The translations under genes were made by a program, and so were the position numbers. DNA of 64,000 nucleotides from a bacterium (lineage in GTDB: Bacteria; SAR324; NAC60-12), in the NCBI GenBank assembly GCA_965205865.1, contig CBDBHR010000028.1, positions 160,001-224,000 of the forward strand, in the 5' to 3' direction. Below the pieces are notes generated by a model, which saw only the letters and a list, made by a program, of their open reading frames with translations, was not told the DNA's origin and searched no databases. Numbering within the stretch: the stretch's first letter is position 1; each line of letters starts with the position of its first letter. Positions 38,455-47,575 of this stretch are shown one piece after another.

Positions 38455-40239
38455 ATGTTTAATCTAAAAAGAAGCTCAAAATTGAGCGCAACCCTGCTGG
38501 CTCTCATCATGGGAGCAAGCGTCTTCTTGGCTGGCCAGGGCTGGGCAGCCGAGATGGTCAAAGATCCCGCCACTGGCGAGATGGTGGAAGCACCTCGCTA
38601 TGGAGGGACCATCACCTATCCCAATGCCAGGGGTATTGGGGAGCATGCTGACTACTGGCATGGTCCCCATATGGCTTTCTCCATTGTCCCTGGTGTGCTC
38701 GAGAAGCTCAGCATGCCGAATTGGGCGATAGATAGGGACGTATGGGACATGAGGAATCTCTATGTCCAGCCCGAACATTTAGTAGGAGCCTTGGCCGAAA
38801 GCTGGGAGGTGCCCGACGACTTAACCTATATCTTCTACATCCGCCAGGGGGTTCGCTGGCACGATAAGGCGCCCCTGAATGGTCGAGCCTTGACGGCCCA
38901 GGATGTCGTCTATAACGTTCACCGTTGGCTGGGGATAGGCAGCGGCTTCACGGAACCCAGCCCTAATGCTCACGATTTCGCTGCGATTCCCTTCGAATCG
39001 ATCACGGCCGAATCCCCGAGAAAGGTGGTGATGAAGCTGAAGCGGCCCTACTTTACGGCGCTGAAGCTAATCATTGAGTGGTGTTGCATTTTTATCTATC
39101 CCCCGGAGGTTATCCAGCAACACGGTGACGCTAAGGATTGGAGGAACCTGGTCGGCACCGGGCCGTTTATGCTGACCGACCATGTCGAAGGCAGCTCGCT
39201 CACCTATACTAGGAATCCTAACTACTGGGGCTACGATGCAAAGTTCCCGGAGAACCGCCTGCCCTATATTGACACATTGAGGGTGCTGGAATTGACAGAA
39301 GAAGCAACCCGTCTGGCGGCACTGCGCTCGGGTAAGCTTGATTTAGTCGGTATTCCCGGCATTTCTCAAATAAAGTCGATCGACCAGGCGGAGAGCCTCA
39401 GGAAGACCAGCCCCGATCTCAAGCAATGGCCGTTTTTCTTGCGATCGGAGACCATTTATTATATGAACGTGAATAACCCGCACTTTTCCGATAAGCGGGT
39501 GCGCATCGCCTTGCAGAAGGCGTTACCCCTTGAGGAAATTAACAATGGCTACTTTAAGGGGCAAGGCAACTGGATCCCCCACGGGATGGTAGGCGATACT
39601 CTCAAGGGGTATTTGATCCCTTATGCGGAGTGGTCCAAAGAGCTGCAGGAAGAGTTTGCCTATGACCCGCAAGAGGCCGAGAGGCTCCTGGATGAGGCGG
39701 GCTATCCGCGGGGCGCGGACGGCGTTCGATTCAAGACCCATGTGCTGCACTCTATTTCTCGAGATATCGCCTATCCGGAATTAGTGACGGAATACTGGCG
39801 TCGGATTGGCGTTGAGGTGGAGATTCGGACCCCGCCTCGGACGGAGTTGACCGCTATCGCCAGTCAAATGAAACATAAAGCGATGCGTGGTGGAGAGGGG
39901 GGCCATCACTATTTGGCTGAGCATGTCGTGGCCCGCTTCTGGGGACCCGCGAAAGTATGGAACCCCGCTGTCGTCAAAGACCCTGAGTTTGACAAGATCA
40001 TTGATGCCCTTCGCGCGGCGAATGACCTCGAGAGTTACCAGAAATATTTCCGAGAGGCAGATATGTACATCACCAAGCAGCATTGGTTCATCTGGGGTCC
40101 CGATGCCCCACACTTTCACGTGAGCCAGCCGTGGCTCAAAGGGTATAACGGGGAAGGCTCATTTGGAGATTCGAATTGGAAGACCCTCTTCGCCCGCCTC
40201 TGGGTTGACCAGGAGCTGAAGAAAGAGATGGGCTTCTAG
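38455..40239 (+). CDS. ABC transporter substrate-binding protein, family 5 (peptide/nickel type)
   Basis: Signal peptide; PRYGGT, GALAESWE, GVRWHDK, VGTGPF, RNPNYW, YDPQEAERLLDEAGY. Confidence 0.92.
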   Translation: MFNLKRSSKLSATLLALIMGASVFLAGQGWAAEMVKDPATGEMVEAPRYGGTITYPNARGIGEHADYWHGPHMAFSIVPGVLEKLSMPNWAIDRDVWDMRNLYVQPEHLVGALAESWEVPDDLTYIFYIRQGVRWHDKAPLNGRALTAQDVVYNVHRWLGIGSGFTEPSPNAHDFAAIPFESITAESPRKVVMKLKRPYFTALKLIIEWCCIFIYPPEVIQQHGDAKDWRNLVGTGPFMLTDHVEGSSLTYTRNPNYWGYDAKFPENRLPYIDTLRVLELTEEATRLAALRSGKLDLVGIPGISQIKSIDQAESLRKTSPDLKQWPFFLRSETIYYMNVNNPHFSDKRVRIALQKALPLEEINNGYFKGQGNWIPHGMVGDTLKGYLIPYAEWSKELQEEFAYDPQEAERLLDEAGYPRGADGVRFKTHVLHSISRDIAYPELVTEYWRRIGVEVEIRTPPRTELTAIASQMKHKAMRGGEGGHHYLAEHVVARFWGPAKVWNPAVVKDPEFDKIIDALRAANDLESYQKYFREADMYITKQHWFIWGPDAPHFHVSQPWLKGYNGEGSFGDSNWKTLFARLWVDQELKKEMGF

Positions 40240-40312
40240 CCGAGTCCAGGCGCCCATTCGCAGGAACTACCTCCCCTCCGCAGTGCGGGTGGGAGGGATC
40301 CCAGCCGATCGA

Positions 40313-40909
40313 TTATACGATATTGCGGAGGGTTCTTTTATTGGAAAGAGCGATTTCAGCGGGATGACTGTGAAGCGCTTTCTCGCTTTCGATGCCGAGC
40401 AACTGATGGAGCAACCCACTGTCGCGTACATAAATTTTTGGAGCTTTGCCTTGGAATTTAATCCTGAGCACAGGTAAATCTTCTTCTGAGAAGTACTTAT
40501 CAGGCAAAGATTTTCCCAATCTCTCAGCTTCTTTTTCATTGAGCAGAGCGATAGTGACACTGAGATGCTGAGCGTTGTTCCCCGTGCCTATCGAGATCAG
40601 GGGATTTTTTGAGATGTGTCTGCCATAGAATAGAGCTTCCCAATTGGGTAAAGACACTTCGTCACCGTCTTCGTCTCTAGTATCAATAAGCTCTTCGCGG
40701 CTGCGCAAAATATCCGTGAAAATATAACCGCGCCCGCACGCGGCATAGAGCCGGACGGCATCAAGCAAGGTAGTCTTGCCAACTCCGTTTTTCCCGGCGA
40801 ATAGTGTCACGCGGCCCAGACGCGGAATCGTAAGGTCTTCAATACCACGGAACCCCCGGATCACTAAATTCGGAAGACGGAGAGCGTTATTTGATGGAAT
40901 TGCAGGCAT
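40313..40909 (-). pseudogene. Truncated duplicate of the 31776..32900 ATPase fused to a DUF4143 fragment
   Basis: 40444..40975 is near-identical to 32435..32966; continues KAPKIYVRDSGLLHQLLGI. Confidence 0.85.
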
Positions 40910-41040
40910 AAAGTTGTTTCCTTCGTTTAGCGTTGTTGTCAGGTTGTCCCCTTGGGTGTCATGTCGACCATAGGGGAGGAAAAAACTGATGCGCCAAGTC
41001 AATACGGGGGAAGAGTCTGTCGGAATCATTTTTACTTAAA

Positions 41041-42792
41041 CCCAAATTGAGCGATTCTAAAAAAGGATCAGATTTTCAAGATGATTTTTTTGCCTGAGAA
41101 AGGCAATCATTCTGAAATCAGATTTTGATCATCAAATCCATGGATGTTTGAGTGAGAATGAGCATCAAAATGCTGTTTTCAGATGTGGAAGGTCTTCATT
41201 TCTCATGTTTTGGACGCACTTATCCCCTTAAACTTTAATGTTTTTGTTTTTTAATTGAAGCGAAACCCGTTGATCAGATTGGCGCCAATGCGTGCTGGCA
41301 GGTGGCAAATAGTTGGTCCAATTGCAAGCGCTCAAAGGTCTTTTTTGGTATTTTCAAGATCAGTTTTCCGGCATGACGAAGCAGTTTGCCTGCCGTATCA
41401 AGAAACTGGCGCCGGAGGGTATCAGCATACATCGTTACCGTAATCACTGGCTTGCTGACATCTTCTTTGAAGGCTTCGAAGAGGTTATTGCCAAGCAGCA
41501 TCAGATAGTACCATGCGGTATTGGAAATGAAGTCCTTGAAGGGAAGTTGTTGATGACCAAAGTTTTTCAGCGCCCGGTTGGCCAGTTCATCCTTTCCCCG
41601 TCCGTGGTACGAGCCAAGGATGCTATGAGCATCGATGCGCTTTTCTTCAGCGGCTTGGCTGAGTTGGCCATCAATGGCCTTTCCCATACCAAGGTTCGTA
41701 ATGATCACGCCATCATGATCCAAACCCGGCAAAGAGAGTTGGCTATCGTGTTCAATCAAGCGGCTGTAGATCGTGCGACGAGCCTTCTTCCATGTCCCCT
41801 GCTGGCTCTTAAACTCGGTGTACTGCCAGATCTCCTTCTTGCCCGATGAAGTGAAGGTCTGCCAGTCAGTGGCTTCTTCCGCAGCATTCCTCACATTGGC
41901 ATAGGACTTTCCTCCGCTTCAGCTAACCGATGTTCAGTCGTTCACAGGTTTCAAAGATTTTTTCGTCAAAAAAACCGGTGTCCATGCGCACCATGATTGG
42001 TACATCATCTCGGTATTGGCGGCGAATCCTTTTCACGATATGAACCAGCATATTCTGAACAGTTTTCCCGTGATTCGAATGTTTGCTACCTCCGCGAAAA
42101 ACTGCGTCAACCATATAACGACCCCAATTCATCTGCAGGGGATGAAATCCTTTGACCATCTTGTAAGTCGGCTGGACACCATGGCGTTTCAGGGCATCAT
42201 CATTATCAAGTACCATCGAATCCAGACCCAACACAATCACCGTTGGACAAGTCTTCTTCAGTCTCCAGATAAACAGTATCTGCAGCAGATGACGAAACAG
42301 GTAGACTCGTACAAAAGAGAACTTTCCAAAAAATCTTTTCACGGCATGCGAGGAGGCAAGGTCTTGCTCACTGCATGACAGCAAGGCGGCATAACCCTCG
42401 CCCCTTTTGAGGTGATCGAACCAACTGAGATGACGGCTGCTGCCGTCCATGAAAAAACAGAGGATCTGCGCAAAAAAATCAGAGACAGCAATTCCTTTTT
42501 TATTTTTACGCATCGAAGCAAACATCCTTTCGATGATCGGCATCAGCCGAATGCTTTGCAGATACTGGGCAAACAAGGCCAATCCGGCACGACTTGTCAA
42601 GTGTTCATCGGTTGGCTGAATGGCATCAATTATCTGTTTCTTTTTATCCTGAACTGTTATATTTTTTCCCATAAAGCTCTCTACCTGTTGGGTTGTGTTA
42701 GATTTTGTGAATTTTTTTATTTTAACCACTGAAATATAACACATTTTTCCCAAGGTTGGGAGCTTTTTTTATTACGAATCGCTCAACTTAGG
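41041..42792 (-). mobile_element. IS1380-family insertion sequence
   Basis: IRs CCCAAATTGAGCGATTC and rc CCTAAGTTGAGCGATTC (15/17); 5-bp TSD TTAAA at 41036-41040 and 42793-42797. Confidence 0.9.
41274..42672 (-). pseudogene. IS1380 transposase, disrupted near 41920
   Basis: LTSRAGL, LGLDSM, GFHPL, RMDTGF, YHGRGKDEL; stop codon plus frame change at NIG*..SGGK. Confidence 0.85.
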
Positions 42793-42887
42793 TTAAAATG
42801 ATAGACTGCAAGGCCAAACGCATGATACCTTAAACTCGTCGACATAAGATTCTCCTATCAGTTTGGCTGTTATTTATACAGACGATT

Positions 42888-44936
42888 ATGTCGCAATTTC
42901 AATTCAAAGATACGCATTTTTCAGATGAACCAAAAGAAAGGAATCATCGCATGGAATGCGCTCAACAACTGCTCGCCGAGACATTCGGCTTCGACCAATT
43001 TCTGCCGGGACAAGCCGAGGTCATCGATCATCTGCTCAGCGGGCGTTCAACCCTGGCGATCTTTCCGACAGGCGGCGGAAAATCGCTCTGCTACCAGTTG
43101 CCCGCACTCACTTTCGACGGCGTGACAATCGTTATTTCGCCGCTGATTGCATTGATGAAAGATCAGATCGACTTCCTCAAAAGCCTTGGTGTTCCAGCCG
43201 AGCGACTCGATTCAACCCTGTCGGCCGATGAGGCAAGGTCTGTCACGTCAGCCCTGCGCTTAGGGGAATTGCGTCTGCTGTATGTGGCACCGGAGCGATT
43301 CAACAACGAACGCTTTTTGCAAGAAATTTTGCGCGCGCGGGTATCTTTGTTTGCTGTTGATGAGGCACACTGCATTTCGGAGTGGGGCAACAACTTTCGA
43401 CCGGATTACCTGAAACTCGCTCGTTTCGCGAAGGCATGCCGTGCTGAGCGGTTGTTTGCATTGACAGCGACAGCGACCCCCAGAGTGGCTGAAGATATCT
43501 GTAAGGGATTCGGCATCCCCGGTGAATGCGTGGTTCGCACCGGTTTTTACCGAAAGAACCTCACAGTATTGACGACCCCTATTACCGCTGCCAACCGGGA
43601 CAGGGCTTTGCTGGAAGGGCTGAAGGGGCATTCCGCGGGTCCCACGATCGTCTACGTCACGCTGCAAAAGACATCGGAGCAAGTGGCAGCGTATCTCGCC
43701 ACGGCGGGACTGCCGGCGCGAGCCTATCACGCGGGGATGAAGGATGAGCAACGGGCCGAAACGCAAGATTGGTTCATGGACTCAGACGACGGGGTTGTAG
43801 TGGCGACCATTGCTTTCGGCATGGGAATTGACAAGTCAAACATCCGCTACATCTACCACTACAATCTACCAAAGAGCCTTGAGAATTTCTCGCAGGAGAT
43901 TGGGCGCGCCGGACGGGATGGCGAGACTTCGATTTGTGAGATGTTTGTCTGCCTTGATGACGTTTGCGTACTTGAAAATTTTGCCTGCGGGGACACCCCG
44001 AGTCGAAACGTAATCCGGGGTTTAGTCGAGGAGGTTTTTTCCAATGCTGGCCAGTTCGATCTCAGTCTTTATGAATCGTCAGCGCGTTACGATATTCGTC
44101 AATCAGTGGTACGGACTTTGTTAGCGCAAATGGAAATCAATGGTTATCTTCAGGAGCTGACCCCATTTTACAGCCGCTACCAATTTCAGCCACTTGCCTC
44201 GTCTTCTGAAATTTTATCGAAGTTTGAAGGTGAACGTCGCCAATTCCTGACGGCAGTGTTCAAACAGGTCCGGAAAGCCAAAAATTGGTTTCACATCGAT
44301 ATGGACAAAGCGGCGAAAACGATTGATTGTTCCAGAGGGCGAATCGTGCGGGCGTTGGACTACCTCGCCGAGCAGGGTCTGTTGGAAGTGAGAGCCGAAG
44401 GGGTTCGCAACCGCTTTTCAATCCTACGACGTCCCGGTGACCCTTGCTCGACTCCGCAAGGGCAGACTTTGGACCGGCTGACCGATTCGCTGTACCAAAA
44501 AGCGCTCGAACTCGAGGCGCGCGAAATCGGACGGATTGGACAAGTTATCGAGTTAGGGTCGCACGACGGGTGTCAGGTGGCGCGTCTGGCAGCCCACTTC
44601 GGAGAAAGACTTCCTCGTCCCTGTGGACATTGCTCCTGGTGTTTGAATGGTCAGCAACCTGCAACACTGCCGGCGGTGGAATCGACAACAATCAACGAAA
44701 GAATTTGGAGGCAGATCCTCGATCTGTGGCATGGGCAGGTTGAACCGGTAAAAGACGCCCGCGCGTTGGCTCGGTTTGCCTGTGGCATTATCTCCCCGCG
44801 ATTGACGCGAACGCGGTTGTCGAGAGATCGGCTTTTTGGCGCTCTCGCCCACATCCGGTTTGGGAAGGTCCATAAACGCGCTCAAACGGTAGAACACGAT
44901 CAGAGTTTGTTTCCTCCGAAAAAAAGATCATCTTGA
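42888..44936 (+). CDS. recQ: RecQ-family ATP-dependent DNA helicase
   Basis: PTGGGKSLCYQLP, VDEAHCISEWG, ATIAFGMGIDK, QEIGRAGRDG, CGHCSWC; alternative start at 42951. Confidence 0.93.
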   Translation: MSQFQFKDTHFSDEPKERNHRMECAQQLLAETFGFDQFLPGQAEVIDHLLSGRSTLAIFPTGGGKSLCYQLPALTFDGVTIVISPLIALMKDQIDFLKSLGVPAERLDSTLSADEARSVTSALRLGELRLLYVAPERFNNERFLQEILRARVSLFAVDEAHCISEWGNNFRPDYLKLARFAKACRAERLFALTATATPRVAEDICKGFGIPGECVVRTGFYRKNLTVLTTPITAANRDRALLEGLKGHSAGPTIVYVTLQKTSEQVAAYLATAGLPARAYHAGMKDEQRAETQDWFMDSDDGVVVATIAFGMGIDKSNIRYIYHYNLPKSLENFSQEIGRAGRDGETSICEMFVCLDDVCVLENFACGDTPSRNVIRGLVEEVFSNAGQFDLSLYESSARYDIRQSVVRTLLAQMEINGYLQELTPFYSRYQFQPLASSSEILSKFEGERRQFLTAVFKQVRKAKNWFHIDMDKAAKTIDCSRGRIVRALDYLAEQGLLEVRAEGVRNRFSILRRPGDPCSTPQGQTLDRLTDSLYQKALELEAREIGRIGQVIELGSHDGCQVARLAAHFGERLPRPCGHCSWCLNGQQPATLPAVESTTINERIWRQILDLWHGQVEPVKDARALARFACGIISPRLTRTRLSRDRLFGALAHIRFGKVHKRAQTVEHDQSLFPPKKRSS

Positions 44937-45195
44937 AAATCCGCTTCTTTTCCTGAATCGTTCAATTCAGGCTATATTGAGGCTTGATTTGAACTATCCG
45001 CGATTTGGGGACAGTTGAAAAACTCGTGATTTCATGCGAGTTTTGTCAGGATTTATTTTTACTGTTTTTCCAAAGACTCGAGCGGAAACCTGCGGCACTT
45101 ATTGTCGCATCGCTTTTAATTCTAGATCATTCAATCCCGATAATATATTATTGCGACATATCTCAAACAGGTTCTTATACAAAAAAGGGGGTTAT

Positions 45196-45726
45196 ATGGG
45201 AAATTTAAACAAAGTCATGCTCATTGGACGTTTAGGCAAAGATCCGGAAATCCGCTACACACAGAGTGGCAGTGCGGTGGCTAATTTTTCTCTCGCAACC
45301 GATGAATACTGGAACGATTCACAGGGACAACGCCAGCAAAAGACCGAGTGGCACTATATAGTGGCTTGGAACAAGCAGGCGGATTTGGCGCAAAACTACC
45401 TGAAACAAGGAAGTCAGGTTTACCTGGAAGGGAAGTTACAAACGAGCAGTTGGGATGACGCGCAAACCGGCCAAAAACGCTACCGCACCGAAGTGGTGGT
45501 GAGAACCCTGCAATTTTTAGACAGCCGCCCCGCCGATGGGGGGGGAGGGGATTATGCAAGACAACCGCAAACGCAGCCCGCTTCGCAGCAAAACTCATCG
45601 AATGCCGCTCCCAGGTCAGCTGATGCCAGCGCTGTTTCGGAATCGCCCAATCCTCAGAATCCCGGTCCATCCTCCCAAGAAACTCCGCCTGTCGATTCTT
45701 ACATCGAGGATGATATCCCGTTTTGA
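45196..45726 (+). CDS. ssb: Single-stranded DNA-binding protein
   Basis: LNKVMLIGRLGKDPE, TEWH and C-terminal DDIPF. Confidence 0.97.
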   Translation: MGNLNKVMLIGRLGKDPEIRYTQSGSAVANFSLATDEYWNDSQGQRQQKTEWHYIVAWNKQADLAQNYLKQGSQVYLEGKLQTSSWDDAQTGQKRYRTEVVVRTLQFLDSRPADGGGGDYARQPQTQPASQQNSSNAAPRSADASAVSESPNPQNPGPSSQETPPVDSYIEDDIPF

Positions 45727-45944
45727 CCAATAATCTTTCCGTCGTTTGCCGGCGCAATGCAAATTTGGACGATTGGCGTCCTTGGGGACCGCGAACCGGT
45801 CGAACCGGCATTCCTACGAAAAGCGTGGGCATGATCCTGAAATCCTGAAGCTTACGTGGGAATGTTTTATATTTTGTGATTGAATGAAGACTGCGAAAGT
45901 GGACTCATTCCCTAGAAGTTTTTAAATCCCATTTGACTATTACC

Positions 45945-46910
45945 ATGCATCAATCCGGTATCTTTCAGGAAAACACAAGCCACCACGTCTTTTTGGAGTT
46001 CGGCTTTCGAGACGAGTCGTCTCGCGTACCGGGCTGCGCTTTGGCGGCTGAACCTGTCGAAGGAGGCGTGCAGGTCATCGCCTTCGGGCAGAAACTGATC
46101 CCCGCTTTGACGGGTCTGAGCAAACCGCCGGGTCTGTGCGAATTCACAGCTATCGATGGTCCCGACGGGGTTTCGGCGCCGGCGACTCAGCAGGATTTAT
46201 TCGTCTGGTTGCATGGCCGGAAACGTGATGAGTTGTTTGCGCGCGCCCTGCAATGGCGCGATACCCTGACCCCGGTTGCTGATCTCACCTTCGAAAATCA
46301 CGGATTTCGATTCCGCGACAGCCGCGACCTGACGGGCTTCGTGGACGGGACTGAGAACCCCAAGGATGACGCTCGCATGGCCGTAGCGCTGGTCAGTAAC
46401 GGAGTGCGCACCGGCGGCAGCTTTGTTCTGGCACAACGATGGGTGCATAACCTCTCCCATTTCAACACCTTGTCGGTTGGCGAGCAGGAACGGGTGATCG
46501 GACGCACCAAACCCGACAGTGTGGAGTTGACGGGTGACGCCATGCCAGAGGACAGTCACGTCAGTCGAACGGATTTGGAACGCGATGGAAAAGCAATCAA
46601 AATCTACAGAAGGAGTTCCCCGGTAGGAGGAGTACGAGACGCCGGATTGTATTTCCTCGCCTTCAGTGCCGACGTCACGACCGCTTGCTGAGCTATTCCC
46701 AACCCATCACCGGCAGCTTCTTCTATGCTCCCCCAAAAAAAGCGCTGCTCGCATCCTTCCACGATTGATGATGGAACAAACCACGATATTTGTTGACTTC
46801 GGTCTCTGGTTACTCGAGTCGATGTTCGGATTTTCGGATGATGGCCGTCACGACCGCTTGCTAAGCTATTCCCAACCCATCACCGGCAGCTTCTTCTACG
46901 CGCCACCGAG
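45945..46910 (+). pseudogene. Dyp-type peroxidase disrupted by a local duplication
   Basis: DLTGFVDGTENP, SHV, IYRRS, GLYFLAF; the C-terminus (LLESMFG..DRLLSYSQPITGSFFYAP) is displaced to about 46800-46910. Confidence 0.8.
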
Positions 46911-46969
46911 AAAAAAACGCGCTGCTCGCATCCTTCCACGATTGATGATGGAACAAACCACGATATTTG
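46673..46969. repeat. About 120-bp imperfect direct repeat (46673..46792 and 46846..46969)
   Basis: CGTCACGACCGCTTGCT..GAACAAACCACGATATTTG occurs twice. Confidence 0.9.
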
Positions 46970-47559
46970 ACCTGCTGGAGAAAGAGTTCTTCCGGCGTGA
47001 ATATGGCACCGAGCACTGAACTCGGAGCGCGGCGGCTATGGTCCATCGCGCCAAAGAAGTTGATCTCAACTGGCCGACCAACTCAACGGCGTTTCAATCC
47101 ATGGTGGGAAGCTTAGCTTGTCGCTATGCGGGACAGACTCCCGCAACGGCCACCCTGGCGGAAGAGGTCCGTTTGACGCTGATGCGAATATCGGTTCCCA
47201 ACGTGTTTCGAGCTACCTGAAATTCCTCGCGATACGCTTTTGTTACGCCTGATGGAAATTCGTCTGAAGCGCAAGCGAGGCAGCCCAAAACTTTGTCTGG
47301 TGGATCATGGTCTCCCCAAAGAGGCACCGACCAGGAAGTAGACTTTGTATTGACAATCGGGAGTGCGCGTATACCGGTGGAGATCAAATACCAGAAACGC
47401 ATTGATCGATTCAGAGACACCTTGGGCATACGTTCGTTCCTGGAAAAATCCATCAACAACGCGCCATTTGGAATTCTCGTTACTCAAGATGATTCGGGAA
47501 TAGTAGACGATCCGCGTATCGTCAGTTTACCGTTATCGACCTTTATGATGCTCCGATGA
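46945..47559 (+). pseudogene. Fragmented AAA_14/DUF4143 ATP-binding protein (PD-(D/E)xK C-terminus)
   Basis: EVDFVL..IPVEIKY C-terminus; upstream pieces lie in different frames. Confidence 0.65.
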
Positions 47560-47575
47560 AAGGGTCCACCGCCTT

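Noticed and set aside
45034-45195. N-terminal extension of Ssb in the ORF track
   Set aside because: The canonical start MGNLNKV at 45196 has its own purine-rich RBS.
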